Source of the DNA: a candidate division FCPU426 bacterium
GTDB lineage: Bacteria > Oederibacteriota > JAAXVQ01 > JAUVAV01
Length of the DNA: 64,000 nucleotides
Reading direction: 5' to 3'
Assembly: GCA_030637655.1 (NCBI GenBank)
Contig: DAOWGI010000005.1
Span: forward strand, 4,766 to 68,765
The notes below the pieces were generated by a model. It searched no databases. It saw only the letters and a program-made list of their open reading frames with translations, and had not been told where the DNA came from. The position numbers and the translations under genes were made by a program. Below are positions 19,892-30,048 of the stretch, piece by piece (the stretch's first letter is position 1; every line of letters starts with the position of its first letter).

Positions 19892-22438
19892 CTATTTTAC
19901 GATGGCAAAGCGTTTTTTTATTTTTTGCGTGCCGTACGCGGAGTGGGTCTCCATAATGTAATAATAAATGCCGCTGGCATAATTGGATATATCGTAATTA
20001 ATAACAGTTCCCTGTTCTCCTCCTGATATCGATCCCTGGTACTGATCCACTTCTTTGCCAAGTTTATTAAAAAAGCGAATAACCACATTGGCGTCAACAG
20101 TTGCGGAAATATAAATATGCAGTTGATTGGTTGAGACAGCCGGATTGGGAAAAGTTTTAACACTGCTGATTTTGAGGAGGTTGGATAATAAAAATGTTCT
20201 GGTCTCAGATAGGGGGCCCCAGGAAATGCCGTCTGTGGCTAAAACTTGCCACCAATAGGTTTTTCCGCGTTCGAATTCCATTGAATCCGGTATGGAAAAA
20301 GCCATGATGCTGTTGGAATAATAATATGTTTCACTCCAGCCGGTTTGAGTCTGAGTTTGATCAAAATTATGCAATATAGTGCTGAATTGGTCATCACTGA
20401 TTAATAAGCGTCCGTTTAAGGTATTGCCGGATTCGCTTTCTGCTTTGAATTGAAAGCATATTTGAGAATTTGGAGATGAGTAGTTGTCAATTGGCGAAAT
20501 AATAACCGGTATTAAAGGCGGGGTTTGCACCACAAATAAATAATTATCAGTAACCAGGCTCCAGTTATTATTATCCTTATCAAAGGCAAAAGCCCGCCAG
20601 GTGTAGGTGTTGCCCGAAATCAGTGAGTCGGTTTCCGGAATAGTCAAGCAGGCGGTTTCGCCTGAAGCATACGCGGTTTTACTCCAACTCCCGCCGTTTT
20701 CGGACAAGTAGACAATAACGCTTTCAAAATCATTGGCACTCATTTCAATTTTATAATTCAAATCGCCGGAAGTAGGGCTGGTGGAAAGCACCTGCAAATA
20801 AGGGTTTTTCGTCACAATAATGGAATTGTGGGTTGGTGATACTATAGCGGGAATCGCCGGCCTGTCAACAGTGGTAAAATGATAAGTACCTGAAGAACGG
20901 CTTTGCTGCAAATGATCGTATATCCATACTCTCCAATAATAGTCGGTTCCGGGCACCAATACATCCAAATTCGGTTCGCTGTTTAATATCTGACAGCAAG
21001 CGGTTATGCCCGCGTAGGCTCCGCTTGGCAGATAACGCTCCTCATCCCAACCATCATAGGTGGATTGAAATATTTTTGGATTCGAGAGCTGGCTGTCTTT
21101 TGAGAGTAAAATCATGCAAGTCAAAGTATCGCCGTCCGGATCAGCGCCCATGATGTCCAAGCCCGGAACGCAGCTTACATTGATTTGGTCATTGCCGGGA
21201 AAAAGCTGCTGTGGTGATAAAGGCGGATCATTGGGTGAATCGCTTATGGTAAATGAACGATAGGTAAAAGCGGAGACCCAGTCTGCTCCGTTGTTGCTGG
21301 TAACCGAGACGCTCCAGTAATATGTTTCTGAGGTGACCAGATTTTCCTGGAACGAGTATGAAGCTTGTTCTCCGGATTGGAAATAATCTTTACCTTCCCA
21401 GCCTGCGTCCGGATCCATCTGTGTGGCGGTAACTGCGATAGGCCCTGTGCTGCTATTTAAACGTAAAATAATCTGATATTTTAAAAACTTAGAGCCCGCC
21501 GGATCCGTGGTTTGAAAAGTAAGTGTGGGTTTGTATCCCACTTTTTGGCCATTATCCGGGGACAATAATTCCGGGGGATCAGGCAAAGGAGCATTAGCCA
21601 CCAGGATAGTGCCCATGTCGCCTGCTTCAGATGAACCGCCGCCATTTTTACCTCCGTTGATGATATACTCGCCGGAGGTTCCGCCAACAACTGTATGTCT
21701 GATAATTTTAATTCGTCCGCCCCCGCCCCCGCCGGCTTCTTTAATCGGGTCATCTTTACCGCCGCCCTCACCGCCGGACACGTCTAATTTAAAACTACCG
21801 TTCAGCAATGTGAAAATACTGTTTATTAAAACACAACCGCCGGATCCCCCGCCCACAGTGTCGTATTTGAACGTATTTGCGCGGGCCAGCAGTTCCGCGC
21901 TGGAGGTTATGGTCAAGGTCATGGCATCCAGGCGGATATACCCTCCGCCATAGCCTGAATATTGCGTGTCATAATTAGCTCTCCAACCATAAGAGCCGGT
22001 ATAACCTTTATAATAGGAATCGTAAATCAAACCGCCGGCGCCGTAATATGATCCCCCACCGCGGCCACCCGCGCCGCCATAGCCTGCGCCGCCACCACCG
22101 CCAAATAAAAGTTTTGATGGGGGTTGCCCTTTACCTGTTTCATTGTAGCAGACACCTTCGCCCTTGATTACGCCGTCAATGCGTATTCGTGGTGAAATCA
22201 AATTCAAAGCGCCCTTATTAACGCCGGAACCATCATAAGGAATGATTTTTACTTCGCCGCCGTTTTTGACATGGATGGATACGCTTTTATAAACAACTCC
22301 GGAAAGGAATACGGTTTCACCGGATTCAACTACCAGAGATTTATAGTTGTTTATTAGAGCATAGGCGTCTGTGGTCATTAAAGAAGATGTAAAAAGGGCC
22401 GATAAAATTATAAAAGTAAGCAAGCAATAATTTTTCAT
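19892..22438 (-). CDS. large secreted protein with Gly-rich region, FN3/Ig-like repeats and type-A T9SS C-terminal sorting domain
   Basis: Signal peptide; GGGGAGYGGAGGRGGG tracts; C-terminal FPNPAVSTN...VIRFFNKLGKEV...GIYYYIMETH...KIKKRFAIVK. Confidence 0.6.
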   Translation of the reverse strand: MKNYCLLTFIILSALFTSSLMTTDAYALINNYKSLVVESGETVFLSGVVYKSVSIHVKNGGEVKIIPYDGSGVNKGALNLISPRIRIDGVIKGEGVCYNETGKGQPPSKLLFGGGGGAGYGGAGGRGGGSYYGAGGLIYDSYYKGYTGSYGWRANYDTQYSGYGGGYIRLDAMTLTITSSAELLARANTFKYDTVGGGSGGCVLINSIFTLLNGSFKLDVSGGEGGGKDDPIKEAGGGGGGRIKIIRHTVVGGTSGEYIINGGKNGGGSSEAGDMGTILVANAPLPDPPELLSPDNGQKVGYKPTLTFQTTDPAGSKFLKYQIILRLNSSTGPIAVTATQMDPDAGWEGKDYFQSGEQASYSFQENLVTSETYYWSVSVTSNNGADWVSAFTYRSFTISDSPNDPPLSPQQLFPGNDQINVSCVPGLDIMGADPDGDTLTCMILLSKDSQLSNPKIFQSTYDGWDEERYLPSGAYAGITACCQILNSEPNLDVLVPGTDYYWRVWIYDHLQQSRSSGTYHFTTVDRPAIPAIVSPTHNSIIVTKNPYLQVLSTSPTSGDLNYKIEMSANDFESVIVYLSENGGSWSKTAYASGETACLTIPETDSLISGNTYTWRAFAFDKDNNNWSLVTDNYLFVVQTPPLIPVIISPIDNYSSPNSQICFQFKAESESGNTLNGRLLISDDQFSTILHNFDQTQTQTGWSETYYYSNSIMAFSIPDSMEFERGKTYWWQVLATDGISWGPLSETRTFLLSNLLKISSVKTFPNPAVSTNQLHIYISATVDANVVIRFFNKLGKEVDQYQGSISGGEQGTVINYDISNYASGIYYYIMETHSAYGTQKIKKRFAIVK

Positions 22439-22503
22439 ATATGCGAATCCTTACTTTATTATATATTTAGCTTCGGATATTTTACTGGAAACTTAATGTT
22501 GGG

Positions 22504-22675
22504 TTGTCATTCCCGAACGGTTTAATCGGCCCCGACCGGAAAAGATATATAGGGACGCATTCGGCAGGAATCTGGTTTTTTAAACCGTATCCCCGATACA
22601 AGCATTCGGGGATGACGGCGTGGAGGCTGCATTCGGGGATGACAAACAAAAAAACGCATGATTGCCATGTTCAGT
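22504..22675. mobile_element. MITE (family A composite) copy 1, long form
   Basis: gtcattcccgaa...ttcggggatgac inverted termini with tail aaacaaaaaaacgcatga...; 5 copies in window. Confidence 0.6.
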
Positions 22676-22705
22676 AATGTCTTCGGGGTTACCCCGCCCT
22701 TACAT

Positions 22706-24496
22706 TTACGCGGTTAAACGCTTTTTTTGTTTCTCAAACTGGGCTTTCATGCGTTCAGGCAGTTTGTCTTCGAACTTGTTCATGAATTCTTCAATCTCAT
22801 CCAATTCAGTAACCCAAGCTTGTTTGTCAACATTTAGTAGGGTTTGCATATCTTCCGTGCTGATGTCCAGACCAATCAGATCTATATCCTTAGGACTAGG
22901 AACAAACCCGATGGGTGTTTCTTGGCCTTGGCTTTTACCCTCAAGGCTCTCACACATCCACTTCAACGCGCGGCTGTTATCACCAAAACCCGGCCATAAC
23001 CACTTGCCTTCCGCGTTTTTACGGAACCAGTTGACATAGAAAATTTTAGGCGCGTTTTCACCCAGCTTATCACCAATATCAAACCAATGCTGCCAATAAT
23101 CCCCCATGTTATAACCGCAGAACGGCAGCATGGCAAAAGGGTCCCGGCGCAGCTTTTTCTTTACATCCAAGGCTGCGGCAGTAGGTTCTGAAGCGGCGGT
23201 GGCGCCCATATACACACCATGATCCCAATCAAAGGCTTTAGTTATCAATGGCACCACTGAGGTTCTTCGGCCGCCAAAGATAAAGATATCAATCAACACA
23301 CCGGCCGGATTCTCCCAATCCGAACAGATAACCGGACATTGACGGGCAGGTGCGGTAAAACGGGCATTGGGATGCGCGCCTTTTTCGCCGGATTCCGGTG
23401 TCCATTCGCGGCCTTTCCAATCAATACCGTGTTTGCACTCAGTTCCCATATCTTCCCACCATACGCCATTATCATCTGTATGCACACAGTTGGTGAAAAT
23501 AATATTGGCTTTCAAGGTATCCATGGCTTGAGGATTTGAAGCATAACTGGTTCCAGGGGCAACACCAAAGAACCCGGCTTCCGGGTTAATCGCGTACAGC
23601 TTGCCATCATCACCAATTTTCATCCAGGCAATATCATCACCAATGGTTTCGCATTTCCAGCCCTCTATAGCAGGCTGCATCATGGCCAGATTGGTCTTGC
23701 CACAGGCAGATGGAAAAGCAACAGCGATATGAAAGCGCTTGCCTTCAGGATTTGTCAGACGCAGGATCAACATGTGTTCCGCCATCCAGCCTTCACGTTT
23801 GGCCATGGTGGAAGCAATGCGCAGAGCCAGGCATTTTTTCCCCAGCAAAGCATTTCCGCCATAACCTGAACCAAAGGACCAGATCATGTTTTCATCAGTA
23901 AAATGTGAGATGTATTTTTTCTCAATCGGAGCACAGGGCCAGGCCACATCCTTTTGATCTTTTTCCAAGGGCGCGCCCACAGAATGCAGGCAAGGAATGA
24001 ACTCGCCCTCACTACCCAAGACTTCAAGCACTTTATCCCCTACTCGTGTCATGATATGCATATTGGCCACAACATAAGGGCTGTCTGTGATCTCAACGCC
24101 TATTTTGGAGATGGGCGATCCAATCGGACCCATGCTAAAAGGAATAACATACAAAGTGCGTCCTTGCATGCAGCCGTCGTATAGGTCTCGCATGGTTTTT
24201 TTTAATTCATCCGGATCTATCCAATTGTTGGTAGGACCCGCATCCGCCTGATTTTTGGCGGCAATGTAGGTGCGGTCTTCCACGCGTGCCACATCCGTGG
24301 GATCGGACCGGAAAAGGTATGAATTAGGATGCTTGGATTCATCCAGCTTTATGGTGGCGCCTGAATCCACCATGATTTTCATTATATTATTATATTCCTT
24401 CTCAGAACCATCACACCAATAAACAGAATCCGGTTTGCACATGCCCTCAACTTCTGAAATCCAATTTAATAATTTTTGATTTTTTGTTTTTACCAT
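22706..24496 (-). CDS. pckG: phosphoenolpyruvate carboxykinase (GTP)
   Basis: 596 aa; strong similarity pattern to GTP-PEPCK (N-terminal PEP-binding and kinase motifs). Confidence 0.9.
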   Translation of the reverse strand: MVKTKNQKLLNWISEVEGMCKPDSVYWCDGSEKEYNNIMKIMVDSGATIKLDESKHPNSYLFRSDPTDVARVEDRTYIAAKNQADAGPTNNWIDPDELKKTMRDLYDGCMQGRTLYVIPFSMGPIGSPISKIGVEITDSPYVVANMHIMTRVGDKVLEVLGSEGEFIPCLHSVGAPLEKDQKDVAWPCAPIEKKYISHFTDENMIWSFGSGYGGNALLGKKCLALRIASTMAKREGWMAEHMLILRLTNPEGKRFHIAVAFPSACGKTNLAMMQPAIEGWKCETIGDDIAWMKIGDDGKLYAINPEAGFFGVAPGTSYASNPQAMDTLKANIIFTNCVHTDDNGVWWEDMGTECKHGIDWKGREWTPESGEKGAHPNARFTAPARQCPVICSDWENPAGVLIDIFIFGGRRTSVVPLITKAFDWDHGVYMGATAASEPTAAALDVKKKLRRDPFAMLPFCGYNMGDYWQHWFDIGDKLGENAPKIFYVNWFRKNAEGKWLWPGFGDNSRALKWMCESLEGKSQGQETPIGFVPSPKDIDLIGLDISTEDMQTLLNVDKQAWVTELDEIEEFMNKFEDKLPERMKAQFEKQKKRLTA

Positions 24497-24692
24497 GGTT
24501 TCTCTTAACTCCTATCTTTTTTATCACTGCCGAACACGAATACAGCGCATTTAATTACAGAAAAACCCGAGCTAGGCAGCGAAAATATGGCAAGAGGCTG
24601 TCCATTCGGGTAATGTTAAAATTAAAGCTTTATATCATTTTTAGCTTTATATTGCAATGTTTTTCGAAAAAAAATGGCAACCAAAAAATGGC

Positions 24693-24852
24693 AACCTGTC
24701 AGTGAAGCATTTTTTCAGTTTGTCATTCCCGAACGGTTTAATCGGGAATCTGGTTTTTTAAACCGTATCCCCGATACAAGCATTCGGGGATGACAGGGTG
24801 GGGGCTGCATTCACGGATGACAAACAAAAAAATGCATGACTGACATGTTACA
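24693..24852. mobile_element. MITE (family A composite) copy 2, short form with outer TIRs
   Basis: outer gcaacctgtcagtgaagc ... gactgacatgttaca; inner unit lacks 38-nt segment present in copies 1 and 3. Confidence 0.6.
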
Positions 24853-24860
24853 AATAATGG

Positions 24861-25043
24861 GTAACAGGTCAGTGAGGCGGGAAAAACCTAATCCGGATAA
24901 ACCAGAACCAAGATTAACCGCCGATGAACGCCGATAGACGCAGATATTTATAGCTTAAAAGATAATAAAAATTTTAATCTGTATTTATCGGCGTTCTTAT
25001 TCTGACTCCTGACTCCTGAATTCTGACTACCTGAGTAGTTACG
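24861..25043. repeat. composite repeat: MITE-B-type end (gtaacaggtcagtgagg) joined to family-C-type end (ctgaattctgactacctgagtagttac)
   Basis: shares 5' 45 nt with 62883.. and 31302..31347 (rc); 3' 50 nt with 9451..9495; abuts stop of the 968-aa gene. Confidence 0.5.
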
Positions 25044-25050
25044 ATTTTTT

Positions 25051-27957
25051 TCAGAACGATTGGCCCAAACCCCACACATAGACTGTTTCTGCCGACGTGT
25101 CTGTTCGTTGCGAAACATCAAAACGGATGGTTAATAATTCTTTGCCGAGCAAGAAGGTGTGCAAACGCAAACCCAATCCGACGGAATTCCTGATATCAGC
25201 CAGACTCGATTCCATGAAATTATTACTCACTACACCGATGTCATCATACAAAACCATTTGAATGGATTTCAGCAATAAAAAATCCAACGGCCAGAGTGTA
25301 TAATTGATATTTTGTGCAATGGGAAAACGGAATTCGAAATTACACACAGCCACCTGACTTCCCAATAATTTTCCATAACGATAACCACGGATGGTCACTG
25401 AATCCGGCAACAAACCAATACCGCCGAATAAAAAGACCGGATGTTCAGGTCCCAAACTCGCCGCAACTAGAAGCCGGGAACTGAAATTCAAGGACGGATT
25501 AATAAAATCAAGGCTTTTGTAAGCCTGGGCATTGACTTGAAATAACGTGTAGTTTTCTTCCCCACCGAAGATACGATCCGCCCAAATCAGAGAGAGATTA
25601 TGCCGAAAACCATTGGTAGGCGCGTAATCCCACCAAGCAGTACTGTCATGAATCAAGGATAGGCGCAAGGTGGTAATTCTGCGGTACTGCCTTTCTTCTT
25701 CGTGCTGCCGGGTTAAATAACGAAGGCCGAATTCTGTTTCTACGCGATCATAATGAGTAAACGGCCTTACAAATCCGAGAGCGCCACCGACTTCCTCATC
25801 ATTAAATTCATCCAGCAGATCGTTGGTTTCCAAGTCAAGAATACGATAATAATTGCGGCGATAGTAAATCGCAGTAATGATGTCTACCGGGTAACTCAGG
25901 TTCGCGTAGGACAATCGAGTACTGGCTTGATACCCGGGCACAATATCACTAATTAGACTTACCAAATGATTACCTAAATAGTCACTGGCTGTGATATAGC
26001 CGCCACCGACAATGCCTTGGGAGCTGTCATAGCCTGCCAATAAAAAGAGCAGATCAGGACTAAAGCGAAATTCATACGGACGTTCATCGCGAATAACACT
26101 TTGAGCGGTTTTGGTGGTTATTTCCTGTGCCACAGTTATTTTCAGCTTTTCGTCCCTAACCCCATCTTTGAGAATTTCCTCTTCTGAAATCGGCAATGAA
26201 GGGTTTTTAATAAACCCGGCAACTACTGCTTCAGAAAGTGTGATTTCCTTTTCGTTGGAGCGTGGACGTGTTGGCATGGAAAACATCAGGTAATTACCGT
26301 CGCTATATGCCGCAAAGGCCAATTTCTTTCCGTCCGGAGAAGGCGCCGGTTGAAAAACACCTATACGGACATCTGTTAGCTGTACTGCTTCGGAAGTGGC
26401 CAAATCCATGCGATATAAATTGAAAATCGCATTGCTATCACCGGCATAATACAGATAATTGCCATCCGGTGAAAACACCGGTGTTTTGTGCTCAGTTGGC
26501 CGGCTGGTCAAGGGAACCGGCGCTTCGTTGGGATTTTCCATGGATTTCCAGATCAATTGCCAATGCGTTTCCCGTTCGCTGCTATACACAATGGCAAGAC
26601 CGTCAGGCGACCAGGCTGGGGCGTCATCCGCAAAGGTGTCATTGGTCAAGGGTTGCAAGGAGTGGGTGGTTAAGGTATATAAATATATATCACCAAACCC
26701 ATTGTTCACACCGGAAAGTGCGATCTGTTTTCCGTCCGGTGACCAGGCGGGAGAGAAAAAGGTATCAATTGGAAGATCTAAACGTTGGATTTTCCTATTC
26801 TTAACAGAGAGCAGATAAAGATGATCCTTCCCTTCTTCACGAGCAACAAAAGCCAAGTGTTTGGCATCCGGAGACCACGCCAGCGCCCGACCGCGCAGGG
26901 AAAAGTTTTCGTATTTTTTTGTGGTTACAGCATACGCGCGGGTTCCTTGTCCCCGGGGTTTGAGATAAACACGTGTTACTTGATCCCGGTTGGAAACAAA
27001 GGCCAAATAGCGTCCATCCGGAGACCAGACAGCGCCGGTGTCCATGCTGCTTCTGCCGGTCGGAGCGGAATTTAAAGGTGTGGCAAAATCCGCCGGAGTT
27101 TCCCGTTTGTTGGCTTGGACCCAATATTTCTGCTTAACCCAAAAGAGAAAATCATGATTGAATTCACGTAAGCCTAGGCCGATGGTTTCACGCAGTATTT
27201 GCGAGATGGAAATTTGGCTCTTGAATTTCTTGAAAATCGCAGACAACTTGTCCTCGCCAAAGCGATCGGCTAAATACTGGACTGCCAACTGGGATTCCTT
27301 ATAGGCCAAATACGTATCGTCCAGGTGATTGAATCCCTCCATCAAGGTCAAAGGAATCAAGCGATCGTTTAAAACAGCATCCCTAACCACCATCGCACCA
27401 ATGCTGTCCCAGTCTTGTGCTCCGTATTCCGCATACCCCTCGATGATCCAGAGCGGGATTAAGTATCCTTTGTATACGCGAAAGGATCGTAATCCCTCTC
27501 CATACAAAATATTAAATTGGAGAACGTGGATAAATTCGTGGAAAATAACCTGACGGAGCTTTTCTTTGGAATCAGGTGCCGGCAAGGCAACCCGATTTTT
27601 ATATGCTTCCGTGAAACCGCCGGTTCCAACCCCGATTACATGCGGAAGAATATTGGTTTGCTGAAAGTCGATCTGATTACGATAAATAAACAGCGGGGTT
27701 TTCAAGAGTGGTTTTTCCCGCATTAAGCGGGTACCATGTTGATAGGCAGCCTCGGCTATTTCGCAGACTTCCCTGGCCAGCGTTTCTTCTTCAGGATAAT
27801 AGTGTATCTCAAAATGATCAGTTTCAAAAACCTGCCAGTGTAAAGCACGCGTCTGTAATTTATTTTTTCCAAAATATCCGGCTGCTGCGGTGAGTGCCAA
27901 TAGCAAGACACAAATAAAGAAACTCAAGCTGATGTGAAGGAGGCTTCTCAATTTCAT
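25051..27957 (-). CDS. multidomain outer-membrane-associated protein: HExxH domain + TolB-like PD40 beta-propeller + C-terminal beta-barrel-like region
   Basis: Signal peptide; VIFHEFIHVLQ; repeated SPDG(K/R)xLAF blades; C-terminus ends in ...VWGLGQSF (terminal Phe typical of OM beta-barrels). Confidence 0.5.
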   Translation of the reverse strand: MKLRSLLHISLSFFICVLLLALTAAAGYFGKNKLQTRALHWQVFETDHFEIHYYPEEETLAREVCEIAEAAYQHGTRLMREKPLLKTPLFIYRNQIDFQQTNILPHVIGVGTGGFTEAYKNRVALPAPDSKEKLRQVIFHEFIHVLQFNILYGEGLRSFRVYKGYLIPLWIIEGYAEYGAQDWDSIGAMVVRDAVLNDRLIPLTLMEGFNHLDDTYLAYKESQLAVQYLADRFGEDKLSAIFKKFKSQISISQILRETIGLGLREFNHDFLFWVKQKYWVQANKRETPADFATPLNSAPTGRSSMDTGAVWSPDGRYLAFVSNRDQVTRVYLKPRGQGTRAYAVTTKKYENFSLRGRALAWSPDAKHLAFVAREEGKDHLYLLSVKNRKIQRLDLPIDTFFSPAWSPDGKQIALSGVNNGFGDIYLYTLTTHSLQPLTNDTFADDAPAWSPDGLAIVYSSERETHWQLIWKSMENPNEAPVPLTSRPTEHKTPVFSPDGNYLYYAGDSNAIFNLYRMDLATSEAVQLTDVRIGVFQPAPSPDGKKLAFAAYSDGNYLMFSMPTRPRSNEKEITLSEAVVAGFIKNPSLPISEEEILKDGVRDEKLKITVAQEITTKTAQSVIRDERPYEFRFSPDLLFLLAGYDSSQGIVGGGYITASDYLGNHLVSLISDIVPGYQASTRLSYANLSYPVDIITAIYYRRNYYRILDLETNDLLDEFNDEEVGGALGFVRPFTHYDRVETEFGLRYLTRQHEEERQYRRITTLRLSLIHDSTAWWDYAPTNGFRHNLSLIWADRIFGGEENYTLFQVNAQAYKSLDFINPSLNFSSRLLVAASLGPEHPVFLFGGIGLLPDSVTIRGYRYGKLLGSQVAVCNFEFRFPIAQNINYTLWPLDFLLLKSIQMVLYDDIGVVSNNFMESSLADIRNSVGLGLRLHTFLLGKELLTIRFDVSQRTDTSAETVYVWGLGQSF

Positions 27958-28021
27958 AACCCAACTACTCCTAATTCATATCGTCAAAAACACGCTCGCT
28001 TCTTTTGATAAAAAGCAATTA

Positions 28022-28969
28022 TTATATTTCGAGCCCAGGCTCCAGCCAAGAACCAAATTTCAATCCAAAAAGAAAACCTAGGATTCCATCTTTGTGATTC
28101 CGGGAACCTTGCAGTAAATGTTTGAAAAAGGCAGGACTCTTTTCCTGCAATACTTTAGGTTTTCCCTTAATTTTCGCGAGAAAAGCAGCAGTATTTACCG
28201 CATCATCTAAATTGCCTAATTGATCCACCAATCCCAGGCCTAAGGCCTGGCGTCCGGAAAAAACCCGGCCATCGGCCAGTTTTTCCAATTGTGCTTTTAC
28301 ATCCTCCGGCGGTAAATCCGTGATATTTATTCTCCTTTTCGCAGCCAGCGCTTGCGCGATCCGGTCTCCACGCGTATCCAAGATCATTTCCACGAATTGC
28401 TGATGCAGATCGTCAATCATTCCCTGCAGAAGCCGTCGCTCACGCTTATTTAATTTCCGCGAGAAATCACCTATATCTTTATATTTTCCACTTTTGATGA
28501 TTTCCATACGCAGTCCGAGTTTTTCCATTAATTGCCCGGCTTCCGGATAACGTAAAATGACCCCGATGGATCCCGTAATGCTGGCCGGATTCGCAAATAC
28601 GCGGTCCGCGGCACAGGAGATATAATATCCACCTGAAGCACATACTTCAGCCATGGAGACTACTACCGGTTTTCCCTGCCGGCGAATTTTTTGGATTTCT
28701 TTGGATATGGACTGAGCGGAAGCCAGGGTTCCGCCCGGTGTGTTGATATGAATCACGATGCCTTTGACCAGTGGCTGGTTATTCATTTTATGCAGTTGTT
28801 TGATCAAGGCGCGGTCTTCCAGAATCATACCTTGAACTTTGATTAAACCAATATGGCCTCTCCGGTTGATTTTCACGAGAGTTAGCCTGGCGAAAATAAC
28901 CAAAAGAATGAATCCGGCCAATCCTATGGCAATAAAAATAATTTCTTTTCTGTGTTTACGCATGGTCAA
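28022..28969 (-). CDS. sppA: signal peptide peptidase SppA (36K type, S49 family)
   Basis: N-terminal TM anchor; ClpP/crotonase fold with VCASGGYYIS catalytic serine region. Confidence 0.8.
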   Translation of the reverse strand: MTMRKHRKEIIFIAIGLAGFILLVIFARLTLVKINRRGHIGLIKVQGMILEDRALIKQLHKMNNQPLVKGIVIHINTPGGTLASAQSISKEIQKIRRQGKPVVVSMAEVCASGGYYISCAADRVFANPASITGSIGVILRYPEAGQLMEKLGLRMEIIKSGKYKDIGDFSRKLNKRERRLLQGMIDDLHQQFVEMILDTRGDRIAQALAAKRRINITDLPPEDVKAQLEKLADGRVFSGRQALGLGLVDQLGNLDDAVNTAAFLAKIKGKPKVLQEKSPAFFKHLLQGSRNHKDGILGFLFGLKFGSWLEPGLEI

Positions 28970-29037
28970 CTCCTGCCTATTGTTTAAACATATTTAAATA
29001 GTATACTATTCTTTCCAGCTTCGCGCTATGCTTTTAC

Positions 29038-29212
29038 TAACATGTCAGTGAACTGTGGCTAAACAAAGGTTGTCATTCCCGAGGGTTTAATCGGCCCCGA
29101 CCGGAAAAGATATATAGGGACGCATTCGGCAGGAATCTGGTTTTTTAAACCATATCCCCGATACAAGCATTCGGGGATGACAAACAAAAAAAACGCATGA
29201 CTGACATGTTAC
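29038..29212. mobile_element. MITE (family A composite) copy 3, long form with outer TIRs
   Basis: taacatgtcagtgaac...gtcattcccgag...ggggatgacaaacaaaaaaaacgcatgactgacatgttac. Confidence 0.65.
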
Positions 29213-29220
29213 CCTTTTAC

Positions 29221-30048
29221 TTAAGGATGGATTGCTTTCAAATTTTTTTTCTGCATGGCATCCAGAATTTCTTGCTGCAATTGTTTTTCGCGAGTTGTCA
29301 TCCGCGGTGCGATGTTGTCCATAAAAACGATTGCGTCTTTTTCCAACCAGATCATGCCCTTTTTAACACAATACTCCAAATATGACCGGCGATGAAAAAT
29401 ACTGGCGCTGGGATACTCCCGGTCCATAGTTCCCCAAATGGTTTTAGCGATTCTTTGCCCCAGCTTACGGCTGCGATGATACTCAATGACCGATTGCAAT
29501 TCAGTATAGGTGATCCAACCTGACCCGGACAGAAAATATACGGCATCCTCAATAAATTCCGCTTTCTGATGCTCAAAGGAATCCAATGAGAGGATGGCAT
29601 AGCGGGAGAGACCCCAAATATGATTGAATGCCGACCGAAAGTCATCCAGAGTGTGTTCCGGAGCAAAATACTTGATAGTGCGCACTTGTTTGCCGGCGTT
29701 GTCTTTCCAGGCCAGGGCAATTATTCCTTTGGCCGCGTGTGCCCGCAATAAACGACCGCGGTATTTTTTTTTAAGAGCAAAACCGCGTATGCGTTTCATG
29801 GCCAGGAAACATTTGCGGTATTCTTCCCAGGGTACGGTCCCGGTGCGTTTGCCGAGATAGTTTTTCAGCCATACACTTACGGCTTCTCCTTTTTGTTCAA
29901 GAATAAGCGCGGTTTCATCTTGGCGAATGCCGCGTACATCATAGATGACCAACCGTGAAAAGGTGATATCATGGTCTTCAGTATTAGCGGTGACAGGCAG
30001 CAAGGTAAATATCAGAATCGCCGGGAATGCCCAGTGCAGTGTTTTCAT
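29221..30048 (-). CDS. hypothetical secreted protein, translationally coupled to prfB
   Basis: Signal peptide; 4-bp overlap with prfB stop; no recognisable motif. Confidence 0.4.
   Translation of the reverse strand: MKTLHWAFPAILIFTLLPVTANTEDHDITFSRLVIYDVRGIRQDETALILEQKGEAVSVWLKNYLGKRTGTVPWEEYRKCFLAMKRIRGFALKKKYRGRLLRAHAAKGIIALAWKDNAGKQVRTIKYFAPEHTLDDFRSAFNHIWGLSRYAILSLDSFEHQKAEFIEDAVYFLSGSGWITYTELQSVIEYHRSRKLGQRIAKTIWGTMDREYPSASIFHRRSYLEYCVKKGMIWLEKDAIVFMDNIAPRMTTREKQLQQEILDAMQKKNLKAIHP

Noticed and set aside
21525-21953. 142-aa Pro-rich plus-strand ORF
   Set aside because: It is antisense to the Gly-rich region of the T9SS cargo gene (GGN codons read as Pro on the opposite strand).
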